Source of the DNA: Thermodesulfobacteriota bacterium
GTDB taxonomy: Bacteria; Desulfobacterota; Desulfarculia; JACQYL01
NCBI GenBank assembly: GCA_963675595.2
Contig: CAXXLZ010000002.1
Coordinates: forward strand, 192,001-256,000
Length of the DNA: 64,000 bases
Direction: 5' to 3'
Made by a program: the position numbers and the translations under genes. This document shows positions 51,954 through 62,368 of this stretch, one piece after another (the stretch's first letter is position 1; each line of letters opens with the position of its first letter). Below the pieces are notes generated by a model. That model saw only the letters and a program-made list of their open reading frames with translations. It searched no databases and was not told the origin of the DNA.

Positions 51954-52002
51954 TGGGTGTCGGCGCAGCGGCGATCCGATTTGGAAGGCATGCATGGAGA
52001 AC

Positions 52003-52400
52003 TTAGGTGTTCCGCTCCAGCCATTCCTGCAAATTGTCCGTTTTGATCCGCAGCATGGGGTAGTCCCTTTCCATCCAGGCCAGGGTGATTTCCTGGATGT
52101 ACAAAATGCGAGGCGGATTGTGTTCCATACTTACAAGGCCAACATGAAATGCCTTCCCCGCTCCAAAGTGCGAAGGGTGTAGCACTTGTTTCGGACGCCT
52201 GCGGGATAGTCGGCGTGATACAAATGCAGATCGAGAAGCCTTTTCCCTCCGCCTTTGGGTTCCAGCCGATCCACCCGAATGGGGGAGCAAGTGTTGTCCC
52301 CCAATTCGTCTCCCAGGAATCGACACGCATACCAGTGTTTCGGTTTTAGTGTGAAGCGGGTTGCCTTTACATCGTCGCTTGATTTCCAATTGGATATCAC
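52003..52400 (-). pseudogene. Small hypothetical gene apparently split by a frameshift near 52135
   Basis: ORF 52131-52400 (…TLERGRHFMLAL*) is continued in another frame by SMEHNPPRILYIQEITLAW… to 52003; starts 2 nt after the upstream gene's stop. Confidence 0.45.
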
Positions 52401-52402
52401 TG

Positions 52403-53458
52403 TCAGCCGCTCCAGATCATCGCTAACAACACGAGTAGGATGACGAATTGAATAATTGTGGCTACAACAAAGACGTTCTGTTGCATGAAAGTCTTGGATG
52501 TCTCTTTTATGGCTCCGATTTCAGATTCGATCTCCTCCACTTTGCGGTCGAACTTGGGTTCGATGTGCGTTTTCAGCGTGTTTTTCAGGTCGGTCAGAGC
52601 GGCATCCGTGGTGCGCTTTTGCTGCTGCAGCACTCCTGACAAGTCCCTCTGGACCGTTTCGATTCTTTGTCTTAGCTCCGGCTCCATTTCATTCTTGACA
52701 TAGGCGGTCATGCTTTCCCTGAATGCCGCGATTTGCTTTTCCTGGTTCTCCACTCTGTTTTCATACTCATCTTTGAGAGTGCTGAAATCTTTATTCAGAC
52801 CCCATACCGTTTCTTTGTATTTCTCGTCGTTTTTCCTCTGAAGGGACGAGAAGTCTCCCTGCAACTCGTTTCTATCCTTTTCGTACTTGGCCTCGATGGA
52901 TTGCTCCAATGCGGAAAATCTTCCTTGGGTTTCTCCGATCAGATCTCCAAACTTCGTTTTATAGGACCTCTCCGCCTCCAAGAGCCTTTCCATGGATCCC
53001 TCGATTTCTTCTTCGAGACGATTGGTCATAGCTTCGACCGCGGCATCCAGGCGGGCTTCCTGGTCCGCAATCCAGTCTTCCATGTCCTGCTTCGTCTGGT
53101 CTATCCATTCCGAGGTGGATTGGACGTTGGCCTCACCCTTCTCATAGACGCCCTGGACAAGGCGGTTCGCTTCCTCCAGCAACCGAGCGTAACCGCCCAT
53201 GGTATCCGTGAAGGTCGCTACCGATCCTTCGGATTTCTTCTGAAGCTGTCCGATCTTTTCGTACAATGTTTCATACGCGTCTTGATAGTCGGCAATGCTC
53301 TCCTGGACGTCGCTGCGAAGTTGCTCCAGCTCATCTCGTATTCTTCGAAGGTTGCCGACAAGTCCGGCCAAGTCCTGAGCCTCTTTGTCCAATTCGCGAA
53401 TGCGCTGTTCCGCCAAGCTTATGTCGAGAAGCGATTTCGATTCCATCGTGATCACCAT
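52403..53458 (-). CDS. Long coiled-coil protein with C-terminal transmembrane anchor
   Basis: 351 aa, heptad-rich and acidic throughout; ends VFVVATIIQFVILLVLLAMIWSG; start overlaps the RecQ-like gene stop. Confidence 0.82.
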   Translation of the reverse strand: MVITMESKSLLDISLAEQRIRELDKEAQDLAGLVGNLRRIRDELEQLRSDVQESIADYQDAYETLYEKIGQLQKKSEGSVATFTDTMGGYARLLEEANRLVQGVYEKGEANVQSTSEWIDQTKQDMEDWIADQEARLDAAVEAMTNRLEEEIEGSMERLLEAERSYKTKFGDLIGETQGRFSALEQSIEAKYEKDRNELQGDFSSLQRKNDEKYKETVWGLNKDFSTLKDEYENRVENQEKQIAAFRESMTAYVKNEMEPELRQRIETVQRDLSGVLQQQKRTTDAALTDLKNTLKTHIEPKFDRKVEEIESEIGAIKETSKTFMQQNVFVVATIIQFVILLVLLAMIWSG

Positions 53459-56400
53459 TTGGCCAGTTCGGTTTTGAGGGCTTGGTCTTTGTTCAACCTT
53501 CCGATCGTCTGACCAAACTGCTTCTGGTATAAGTTGCAGCTTAGCGACAAGGCTTCTTCGTGTTCCAGGCCGGCCTTCTCCATATCCGCAGCCATCATCC
53601 TGACAAAATCCATATCCTCGGAAGCGCCGTCGACCTTGGCATAAGTCCTGATGGCGGATGCGCCGTCAAATCGAGCATATTTCTCATAGCCCCAAGTCGA
53701 GAGTTCCAAATTCTTGTGCATAATGTTTTCTATTTCCGCAAATTGCCGGTGATATCTATGGGCTGAAGACCTGATTTCTGCATCATCTTCTCTTTGAAAC
53801 GAGTCGGCGACTCCCATATTTGCCAATGAATTGATCGGGTCGACCTCCAGCTTGGCCGCTGCATGCTGTCCAAAAGCAACCACAAAGCCTTGCTTTTCGG
53901 CTTCATCTAAAGCCCATTCGTATTCCTGAACGTCTTTGGTCTCAAAGGAGTGCTCTTCTCTGACCAAAATGTCCCTATGTTGCGCATTGTCTTTTGCCGG
54001 AACAGCGGAACTCAGGGTGAAATTCAGGTCTGGAACACAGGAATCACTATCGCAAAATCCACATTTATGTCCATCGTCCACCTGACTCATCGTTCCCAGT
54101 AGATATTGTCTCCTGCATCGATTCTTTATCCGAACATATGTCATAAGATTGAGCAAAGATTGAAGGCGCATACTGAGCACATATTTCCTGACCTCAGTGA
54201 ACAGTCTATATACCGCATTTTGTACATGAAAATCTTTCGGCGGACTATTATTGTTTGGAATATCTCCCACCAAAACTTTTCGCTGTATTTCGTTTATCGT
54301 TTCTACGTCCAATTCCTTAGATCGACCAAGTTCGCTTCTAAAAGTGGCCATCTTCATTAGTTCAGATATTAAAGAAGTAATCATTGAATAACATGTTGGT
54401 TTTTCAACAGGCATTATCAAGAAGTCTATATCCGTAAACCGACCAATGCTATTATACTTCAACTTAAAATGACTAATCAGCTTTAGTTGTTGTAGTCTAA
54501 ACAACTCATTGTTTATTCCTATCAGCAACTTATCCGCATGTGCACTGTTAGTCTTTACACTTTTGACCCAGTAGCCATCGACAGGGTTCTTCGATTTGAT
54601 CTCTTGCCACAGTTTGGTGGTCCTTTCGGCGAATTTCTCAGGGCTTGCATAATGTTCAAGGACCATTCTGAACTGTCGTGAGAAGTCGCAAGGTTCGGGT
54701 AATCCTATCTCGGGTGGACACTTCCGTTGCAGATAATATTTCCCTCTCATGCAAGGCGGAAGCAAAAAATCATCTTCTCGGGTTACCAGGCCGATCGTTT
54801 CCAGATGTTCGTCTAAGCATTTCCGGGTTGGTAGACGCACCACGAGCGAGCAATGGGAATGCTCTCCGTCCCTGCCGGCTCTCCCGACCTCCTGATAATA
54901 CCCTTCGATACTGGCGGGCATGCAGGAATGTACAATGAACCTGAGGCCTCTGTGGTCAATGCCCATTCCATAGGCTTTCGTAGCCACCAATAACGGAATG
55001 GCCTTTGCCTTGAATCGACGCTGGACTTTAAGAATATCCTTGTCCCAGTTTGGGTCGGATTTCGGTTTGCGGAAGGTATGGCCGTTGGAGCATTGGAATC
55101 CTCCTCCATCTTCAGCCGGAATATTTCGAATGGCATAGACGAACTTCCCTTCCTGTTTGCAATAAGGGCAGAAGTCTGGGGTATGGGACGCATAAATATT
55201 GAAGAACTGATTCTCGATAATACCCCTAACGTCCAGCATATTGCCTATAGCACCGACGCCGTCTTGCCAAGAGGTCTGCCCTTTAGGGTTCGCATACACA
55301 CAAAAGATAGCCCCACATCCTATACCCTCCCAATGCCCTTGACTGAAGCCGGCCCAGTCGAAATCGTGGGTATACCGGAGAGCCGTCGGAATGGCCATCG
55401 TCAAGATATCACAAATGGAATCATGACGATCATCCGGATATCTTGTCCCTGCAAGTGTGTGAACCGAAAAAGAAAGCTCGGTCCGATCAATATTTGCCTC
55501 AGCGAGCAGACTTCCACCGTCTCTGCAATCCTTCACACTAAGATTCAAAATTCCACAAATGTCTTCCTTGACGGGATCGGTCGCCGTGGCCGTCAGAGCA
55601 AGAATCGGCGTTTCAATTCCACTTTGATATGCTGAGACGTTCTTCAAGAAAAATGGTATCTGCAAATAGGCGATGCGAAAGTCATGGCCCCACTCCGATA
55701 CGCAGTGGGCCTCATCGATGCAAAGCAAACTGAGACAAACGGAAGCGGAAGCTTTTTCAAGCTTATCAGAAAAACTTAATATTTGTAGGCGTTCCGGAGC
55801 AACATAGAGGATATCTACAAAGCCATATAGGAAGTCGTCGACGGCATCCTCCTTATCACTGGAACTCATGTCATAACGGATGGATTTGACCATATTAAAG
55901 CCTTTGTTCAAGGCCAAATCCTCCACTTGGTCTCTCATGAGTGCTCTCAAGGGAGAGATGATCAGGGTACTGGAGGGCAGCAGTTTGGCCGCCAATTGGA
56001 ACGCGGCCGACTTCCCTCTGCCTGTGGGCAGGATACCCAGAATTGATTTCCCCGAGAGAACGCCGCAAATCAGCTCATACTGCCTGAGTTCCGTGTTCGG
56101 ATTCTCAGGATCATAATGGTGCCAAAGGAAGGGTATGCGCAGTAAACGTCTGGAGAAGTAGTCGATCAACGATTTACGGAAACAAACCGGAGCCGAAGTG
56201 ATTCGCGCTTTTGATCGATCAACGGTCAGCGCCCGAAATCTTGCCCGCAAGGTGGCGATATTACAGGCTTCCCTTCCGAGAATATTGGGTCTTGCGGCAA
56301 CATCCGGAGTTAACGGGATTCTGCCTTCACGAGTCAGGTCAATGATTAAGTCCGGAACCTCATCGTTGGACCGACTGCTTCCTATCTTGAAGATATTTTC

Positions 56401-57660
56401 GATGTCTTTAAGTACATGAGCGTCAGGACCTTTCTCCATCGCTTCAACATAACCGCCTGCAATCTTATCCAAGACTTCCACCTGCCCGGTGATAACACCT
56501 CCATGACCGTTAACTAAGCGAAAATCAGGAAACCGGTATTCCACACCGTATAGTTTTTGACATTGCTTTATGATCATCCGCAAGTCATACAGAGCCAAGA
56601 AATTTAGATTTGGGAGTTTGGAATTATCAATGATGGTGATTTCGCCGGATTCTTCTGTATAGTAGAGCTGCAAAAGCATGCCCATTTGAAAAGGCCTGAA
56701 CCATTTCGAGTAGCCCTTGAAAGTGTCTATAATGATTGATTGGTCCTCGCTGTTCGCATGCACCATGCCGGGTGCATCGAAGATACTGGTCTGATCGCAG
56801 CTCAGAGAGCTTTTGGGTATGACGCCCAAGATATTGTCGATAATTCGTTCCGGCTCCTGAAGGATTTGTCTTGCAGGGTATCGATATAGCTGATAGCCCA
56901 AGGATAAAATGTAATTCTGACGCTTTAATTGTCTTTCCCATTCCTCAGGCGATATCCTGTCCGGATCATGGTATTCGCGGCCGTCTACCTCGATAATGGT
57001 GCCCTTGCCGCCCGTATTTATGAAGAAATCGCCCACATAGTTGGATCCCTCGATTTTCATCTGAGGGGTGATGAAGTCAAGAGCGGATAGTCCATAGGCC
57101 GGCACGATGACGTTGATGATGAACGCTCGCTCGGCGAAGTGCGGGTCCGGGTTGTCGAGGGATGTTTCGTAATGGCCTTTTTCTTCCAACCACTGATCGA
57201 CTTGATCCAGGTCGGTAGCGGTAGGTGGCTTGAATTGGGGAGAATTGAATAACTCGATGAATTTCCGGCTGAATCTGTACCTGGGCATGTAGGAAGGACC
57301 CGCGTAGTACGCTTCCCCGACCGGTTCCGGACGACATGTTTTGGGGGAGTAGTCGGAATCCAAACAAGTGATCCTGTTTCCACGAGCTGCGATGGCAGGA
57401 TTCAAGCCGTTTCCGGAATTTCTCCCCTGTTCGAACTCCACCAAGTCGGGATTCATGTCGGCTATCGCGGCAACGATGGCAAACTCCAATTGATAGGGCA
57501 GCTGTTTTATCAGGGCCTCAGGAGCCAGATGAGGCAGGTATTCCAGACCCGTGTTCCGGGGATACTCAGAATCGTTTTCCAAAGAACTCCGAAAAAGCCT
57601 GGGGTCGATCATCCTGGCGATCAGATCGATGAATTCCCGTCGATTCATACGCGCGCCCAC
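53452..57660 (-). CDS. RecQ-like SF2 helicase fused to an N-terminal DUF559/Vsr-like endonuclease domain
   Basis: GDFFI...IIEVDGREYH...RQNYILSLGYQLYRY nuclease segment; LPTGRGKS, SPLRALMRDQ, APERL, DEAHCVSEWGHDFR, TATA, ATKAYGMGID, YYQEVGRAGRDG and CRRQ...CGFCD motifs. Confidence 0.88.
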   Translation of the reverse strand: MGARMNRREFIDLIARMIDPRLFRSSLENDSEYPRNTGLEYLPHLAPEALIKQLPYQLEFAIVAAIADMNPDLVEFEQGRNSGNGLNPAIAARGNRITCLDSDYSPKTCRPEPVGEAYYAGPSYMPRYRFSRKFIELFNSPQFKPPTATDLDQVDQWLEEKGHYETSLDNPDPHFAERAFIINVIVPAYGLSALDFITPQMKIEGSNYVGDFFINTGGKGTIIEVDGREYHDPDRISPEEWERQLKRQNYILSLGYQLYRYPARQILQEPERIIDNILGVIPKSSLSCDQTSIFDAPGMVHANSEDQSIIIDTFKGYSKWFRPFQMGMLLQLYYTEESGEITIIDNSKLPNLNFLALYDLRMIIKQCQKLYGVEYRFPDFRLVNGHGGVITGQVEVLDKIAGGYVEAMEKGPDAHVLKDIENIFKIGSSRSNDEVPDLIIDLTREGRIPLTPDVAARPNILGREACNIATLRARFRALTVDRSKARITSAPVCFRKSLIDYFSRRLLRIPFLWHHYDPENPNTELRQYELICGVLSGKSILGILPTGRGKSAAFQLAAKLLPSSTLIISPLRALMRDQVEDLALNKGFNMVKSIRYDMSSSDKEDAVDDFLYGFVDILYVAPERLQILSFSDKLEKASASVCLSLLCIDEAHCVSEWGHDFRIAYLQIPFFLKNVSAYQSGIETPILALTATATDPVKEDICGILNLSVKDCRDGGSLLAEANIDRTELSFSVHTLAGTRYPDDRHDSICDILTMAIPTALRYTHDFDWAGFSQGHWEGIGCGAIFCVYANPKGQTSWQDGVGAIGNMLDVRGIIENQFFNIYASHTPDFCPYCKQEGKFVYAIRNIPAEDGGGFQCSNGHTFRKPKSDPNWDKDILKVQRRFKAKAIPLLVATKAYGMGIDHRGLRFIVHSCMPASIEGYYQEVGRAGRDGEHSHCSLVVRLPTRKCLDEHLETIGLVTREDDFLLPPCMRGKYYLQRKCPPEIGLPEPCDFSRQFRMVLEHYASPEKFAERTTKLWQEIKSKNPVDGYWVKSVKTNSAHADKLLIGINNELFRLQQLKLISHFKLKYNSIGRFTDIDFLIMPVEKPTCYSMITSLISELMKMATFRSELGRSKELDVETINEIQRKVLVGDIPNNNSPPKDFHVQNAVYRLFTEVRKYVLSMRLQSLLNLMTYVRIKNRCRRQYLLGTMSQVDDGHKCGFCDSDSCVPDLNFTLSSAVPAKDNAQHRDILVREEHSFETKDVQEYEWALDEAEKQGFVVAFGQHAAAKLEVDPINSLANMGVADSFQREDDAEIRSSAHRYHRQFAEIENIMHKNLELSTWGYEKYARFDGASAIRTYAKVDGASEDMDFVRMMAADMEKAGLEHEEALSLSCNLYQKQFGQTIGRLNKDQALKTELAKW

Positions 57661-57860
57661 TTCCCATCAGATGGTCACAAGATTCCGTGCAGACAATTCC
57701 TCCGACGCCCGGAGTATGAGGGATATCGTCGACAGTAACCAGCAAATTCCGGAGTTTGCCGTTCCAAGTCAAGCTCAAAATAGCCGAATATTCCGTCTTG
57801 ACCCGCGAGTGGGGTTAACTGAAAAGAAACAATCCTAATTTGAAGTGATTTCATAGGCAT

Positions 57861-58877
57861 TCATGAAAGGTTTACGCGTGCATTCGGCCGATCGGTCGAC
57901 AGGAGCGCGGTGTTGATTTTTACTTCCCCAACAGCAATTCCACTTTCACCGGCGGACACTGCGTATACCTGACCATTCAGCCCGGAACCCAGTGCAGACC
58001 AATTTGCCCCGTTCCAGACCGCAGCGTTGGCCGCATCGCCGCCCCCGGCTTGAGTGAAATATCCTCCAACGTACACCTTTCCGCCGGAAGACGGTGCGAT
58101 TCCATAAACACCGCCATTCAATAAGGGGATCCATAGAAAACCATTCCAATTGGCAATGTTGGAAGCGAAACTCCACCTGCTTCGGTAAAAGCACCACCCG
58201 CATAAAGGTTCCCCGATGAATCGGTGGCTAAGGCATATACCGGACCGTTGGTTCCCACCCCCAGAGGGGTCCAAGAGGATCCGCTCCAACGGGCAATGTT
58301 ATTTGCGGAACCAGCTCCTACAGAGCTGAACGATCCTCCGGCGTAGACAGTTCCTATCTTGCTCTTGGCAAGGCTATAGACAGGTCCATTCCAGGAGGTC
58401 CCCCAATACCGACCCCTCTTTATTGAGCCACTGAGAACCGTCCCATTCGGCCAAGTTTTGGCAGATAGTGTCACCGGCCTGATAGAAAGAGCCGCCCGCC
58501 AAGATACCACCATTTCCGTCGGGGCCTATGGCCCACACCGGGCCTTCATAGACACCCCATATCCCGAAAACGTCCCACCAGCCTTCATCCATTAGGTTGG
58601 TCGGCTCGGTCAAAGAGCGGTCGTCTCGTTCCGAGGATGGACGGACCGAAACACTCGGGATACCTTCTGGCGAGATTGCACTGGTCAGTGGATCAGGATG
58701 GGGAGATTCCTGTATGGCATGCCGGGAGTAGGGATTCCGGTCGTCTTCAATGCCCTGAGCATAGGCCATGCAACTTGCACAAAGCATCAACAGCACGGGA
58801 AAAGCTCGAACTCGAAATAAGATTGCGCAAGACGGAGAGCCGCAGAGAGCCCGAGTGGATACCCACATTTTTACCAA
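57861..58877 (-). pseudogene. Frameshifted, truncated secreted beta-propeller repeat protein
   Basis: Repeats of YAGGxF...NIARWxGxxWxxLGxGxNGxVYA distributed over three frames (58374-58877, 58118-58513, 57861-58289), with a signal peptide in the first. Confidence 0.75.
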
Positions 58878-59187
58878 CTTGAATACATTTACATTCAGAA
58901 TTTTGTATTCTTAGAGCAAATAAGTATGCATAACACAAACTTTTTCGCTTTTTTACGGACAAACGAACGATTCCAAACACCGTTGCCTCGGACTGAAGCC
59001 GCCGGAGCGTCGCGTTTCGGACTTGAGAACGCATCATATCAGGGGGTTTTGTCGGATCAGGACAAACGGGAGGGATGTTTTTTCGGCTCATCGGAATTCC
59101 GTCGTGAGTGACATAACGGCAGGACTCCGCAGAGACGCTGCAAAGTTTTTCGGCAAGGACTTACTTGGTTATGGTCGATCTTCCTGA

Positions 59188-60360
59188 TCACTGAGTCGAT
59201 TTGTTGACCGACTCCATGATCTTCCGCCCTACTCTTTCGGCTGCCTGTTTCAGAGGATCGCCCGCCAAATGGGCATATCGGGCGGTGGTCTGCGGTTGGG
59301 TGTGCCCCAGCAGGGCGCCGATCATGGGCAGTGCCAAGCCGGATGCCGCCGCCACACTGGCGAAGCTGTGTCTCAGGTCGTGCAATCTCAGATCGGATAA
59401 GCCGGCTCGGGCGCGAATCCTTTGCCAGGGTCTCTGAATACTCACCAGATGCGCTCCGGGCTTTTTCCCCACAATCACGTAAGGGTTCTCCTTGAAGCGA
59501 GGAGCGGATGCCAGGACTGCCACCGCCGCTTCCGGCAAGTGGACGATTTTGCGCCCTGTCTTTGAGTCGGGGAGATTCAGGATTCCCTTTTCCAGGTCCA
59601 CGAATTCCCAACGCAGGGTCTTGATTTCAGATAAGCGGCAGCCGGTAAGCAGAAGCAGACGGACGGCAAGCGTCACGCAAGGCCACTCCTCACCTTGCTG
59701 TTCCACCTCCGTCAACGTCCGCCCCAATCTCGAAATCTCTTCCGTGGAGAGGAAACGCTCCACTTTGTTCTCTTTGAACTTCTCCACGTGTCGGCATGGA
59801 TTGGAGCCGTCGGACCGAAGCCCCCATTTTTCGGATAGATTGAACATCTTGGAGAGCAGGGCCATGGCCCTGTTTGCCTTGATCGGAGTATCCCTCAAGG
59901 AATAATGAAGCTTGGCCAGATCGGAACGATTCACATCTCCGATTCTTCTCGCGCCCAGTGCCGGCAGGACGGTAAGGCGCAGCAGCCTTTCGTCTTCCTC
60001 GACGCTGCGTTTCTTCTTCTTGATTCTGGCATGTTCGGTCAGGTAACGATTCGCCAAGTCGGCCACGGTGGGAGCATGCCGATCTTCTTGTTTTTCCTGC
60101 GCCGGGTCTTTACCTCTGTCCACGTCGGCCAACATGAGACGGGCTTCCCGCCTCGCCTCATCCGGCGTCAGCCTGCCGTAGGAACCCACGGTCAGCCGTC
60201 GGCTTCTTCCTTGGGCGTTTCTATACTGGATGAAAAAGCTCTTGGAACCGGAAGGTTTGACTCGAAGGCCGAAACCGATCAGGTCATCATCCCAAACGAA
60301 AATGTCCCTTTCGGGGTTTGCAACCAAGCTGTCAACGACTCGTTTGGTAAGTTTGGGCAT
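59188..60360 (-). CDS. int: Tyrosine recombinase/integrase with N-terminal arm-binding domain
   Basis: [12 protein letters not shown] arm domain; catalytic residues in [18 protein letters not shown] and TARYAH; adjacent to attR. Confidence 0.95.
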   Translation of the reverse strand: MPKLTKRVVDSLVANPERDIFVWDDDLIGFGLRVKPSGSKSFFIQYRNAQGRSRRLTVGSYGRLTPDEARREARLMLADVDRGKDPAQEKQEDRHAPTVADLANRYLTEHARIKKKKRSVEEDERLLRLTVLPALGARRIGDVNRSDLAKLHYSLRDTPIKANRAMALLSKMFNLSEKWGLRSDGSNPCRHVEKFKENKVERFLSTEEISRLGRTLTEVEQQGEEWPCVTLAVRLLLLTGCRLSEIKTLRWEFVDLEKGILNLPDSKTGRKIVHLPEAAVAVLASAPRFKENPYVIVGKKPGAHLVSIQRPWQRIRARAGLSDLRLHDLRHSFASVAAASGLALPMIGALLGHTQPQTTARYAHLAGDPLKQAAERVGRKIMESVNKSTQ

Positions 60361-60378
60361 GATCCCTCCGGTGGCGTC

Positions 60379-60410
60379 GGGTAAGCAGTAGGTAAGCACG
60401 GGTAAGCAAA
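60379..60410 (+). promoter_or_regulatory. Putative integrase arm-type binding sites (3x GGTAAGCA)
   Basis: gggtaagcagtaggtaagcacgggtaagcaaa between the int start and attR. Confidence 0.6.
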
Positions 60411-60512
60411 ACTGGGGGTATACTGGGGCAAAAGAGGGGGCATGTCAAGGGCATATAACTTTTATTTTACATAAAAATATAAATTAAACGAAAACAAGGG
60501 ATCCAAAAAACT

Positions 60513-60562
60513 CAGATTCCTAATCTGGGTGCCGCAGGTTCGAGTCCTGCCGGGGGCACCAA
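60513..60562 (+). repeat. attR: duplicated 3' part of tRNA-Arg
   Basis: Identical to 31658-31707; lacks the 5' acceptor and D-arm, so it is not a complete tRNA. Confidence 0.95.
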
Positions 60563-60670
60563 ACATCGCAGAATAATGTGACTCCCCGTCTGTCGATCCT
60601 GTCGGTAGCCCGTTTCTCCGAGTGCCCTGACCACGTCCCTGCCGGACACAATCGGAAATAGCGCGCTCAC
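60563..60670 (-). pseudogene. Truncated HicA-like toxin remnant
   Basis: (V)SALFPIVSGRDVVRALGETGYRQDRQTGSHIILR matches the HicA N-terminal pattern including GSH; breaks off at the att repeat. Confidence 0.6.
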
Positions 60671-60736
60671 ACGGCTGCCTCTGCATCGTTTTTGGCGATG
60701 CAGGCCCTTGGGTTCCCCCGAAAGAGAGGTGCTGAA

Positions 60737-62116
60737 ATGCCGGCAATCAAAACCATGCGCGACCTGCTGAGGCGACTTGAGACACGCGGCGACATGGTGA
60801 GGGTGAAAAAAAGAGTATCGCCCTTGTTTGAACAGGCCGCCGTCACCAAGAAGTTCATGGATACATCCGGCCGGACGGTGCTGTTCGAGGATGTAGGCCA
60901 TGAGAATTTCAAGATGGTCGGCAACGTCTATGGGGGACGAAGAAAATTCGCTACGCTCTTCAACGTGGCTGAATCCGAAGTGCGCCGTCATTTCGAAAAG
61001 ATTTCAGAATCCAAGCCTATTGCGCCGCACATTGTCAAAAGTGCCTCCGTCCAAGAGGTTGTGCATGAAGGCAAGCCGAACGTCACGGATGTTTTGCCGG
61101 TGCCGTGGCAGTATGAGAAAGATCGGTCACAATTCATTACTGCGGGACTGATTGTTGCCCGCGACCCGGACACCGGCGTCCATAACGTTTCCTTCCAGCG
61201 CCTGATGGTGCACCGTGACCATATCCTGGGCATACAGATCGTTCCACGCATGGATCTGGATTTTATTTACAAGCACGCCCAGGCCCGGAAAAAGCCCTTA
61301 GAGGTGGCTGTGGTAATCGGCGGCAATCCTTGGTTCTTCCTGGCCGCTTCAACTCATATTCCGATAGATGCCGACGAATTTGAGTTTGCAGGCGGTCTTC
61401 AAGGGAGTCCCCTTGATCTCGTAGCCTGCAAAACGGTTGACTTGTTAGTCCCTTCAAATGCGGAAATCGTGATTGAGGGCCGGATTCCTTGGGATACGTT
61501 ATGCGACGAAGGCCCCATGGGCGAAGTTCATGGGTATTATGGCACGGAATTTCCCAAACCGATCATCGAGGTCTCAGCCATCACGCATAGACATGATCCG
61601 ATTTTTCACACCATACTAAGCGGAGCTCCCGAAGAACACTGCCCGCTTGCACTTCCCATTGAAGCCTCCATTCTTAAGGCGATGCGGCGTATTCATAAGG
61701 ACACCACGGACATCAACATCATGCCGAGCCTTTACCGCTGTGTTGCATCGGTGCGCGATCTGCCGGACTACAGTGTGGCTGAAAAGCTGCTCCGCGCCAT
61801 GTTGGGTCACCCGTGGGTGTTCCTGGCCATCCTTGTGAATGACGATATTGATATTCATAATCCGATCGACGTATTTTGGGCCGTCACTACGCGCACAAAT
61901 CCCGAGGCCGACATCTTCGTCGAGCAATTTCCGACCGACACCAAGACGGACGACCGAGGGATCCCGCCTACGCCCATTAAACGGCCGCTTGACGGTATGC
62001 GTCACCGGACGGCCGTCAATGCGGCTGTTGACGGCAAGACGATGAAGAACTTTGAGCGCAGCCGCTTGAAAAATTACGACATGCTGGATCTGGAAAAGTA
62101 TCTCGTCGGACCGTGA
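60737..62116 (+). CDS. UbiD-family (prFMN-dependent) decarboxylase
   Basis: ARDPDTGVHNVSFQR, VPSNAEIVIEG, EGPMGEVHGYY and VNDDIDIHNPIDVFWAVTTR motifs. Confidence 0.92.
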   Translation: MPAIKTMRDLLRRLETRGDMVRVKKRVSPLFEQAAVTKKFMDTSGRTVLFEDVGHENFKMVGNVYGGRRKFATLFNVAESEVRRHFEKISESKPIAPHIVKSASVQEVVHEGKPNVTDVLPVPWQYEKDRSQFITAGLIVARDPDTGVHNVSFQRLMVHRDHILGIQIVPRMDLDFIYKHAQARKKPLEVAVVIGGNPWFFLAASTHIPIDADEFEFAGGLQGSPLDLVACKTVDLLVPSNAEIVIEGRIPWDTLCDEGPMGEVHGYYGTEFPKPIIEVSAITHRHDPIFHTILSGAPEEHCPLALPIEASILKAMRRIHKDTTDINIMPSLYRCVASVRDLPDYSVAEKLLRAMLGHPWVFLAILVNDDIDIHNPIDVFWAVTTRTNPEADIFVEQFPTDTKTDDRGIPPTPIKRPLDGMRHRTAVNAAVDGKTMKNFERSRLKNYDMLDLEKYLVGP

Positions 62117-62143
62117 ACGAAACCGCATCGATATTACGTGCTT

Positions 62144-62188
62144 ATTCACGGGGCCGCCTGGGGAACCGAGTTCCCCTCCCCCCGTGAA
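62144..62188. repeat. Minimal copy of the MITE-like repeat (ends only)
   Basis: ttcacgggg (62145-62153) / ccccgtgaa (62180-62188) enclosing a ggggaac-cga-gttcccc hairpin. Confidence 0.55.
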
Positions 62189-62368
62189 CACGCACATGGT
62201 ACGGGCGCCCTCGCCTTCCCGCCAAGATGCCCGATAGGCCTCTGCTTCAGACTCACGTAAGCTGTCGCTTATGGTCGCCTCAATGCTGAAAGCATCCCAT
62301 TAGTGATGACGGAAGATCGGAGAATCGGCTCCGCAGATCAACAAAACGAGTTTAACGGAGGTAGGGAA

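Noticed and set aside
53452-57660. Housekeeping recQ
   Set aside because: More than twice the usual length, with an N-terminal nuclease-like domain, no recognisable HRDC, AT-richer composition and an island location
60513-60562. Second tRNA-Arg gene
   Set aside because: Only the anticodon arm to CCA is present; the 5' acceptor strand and D-arm are missing. It is attR.
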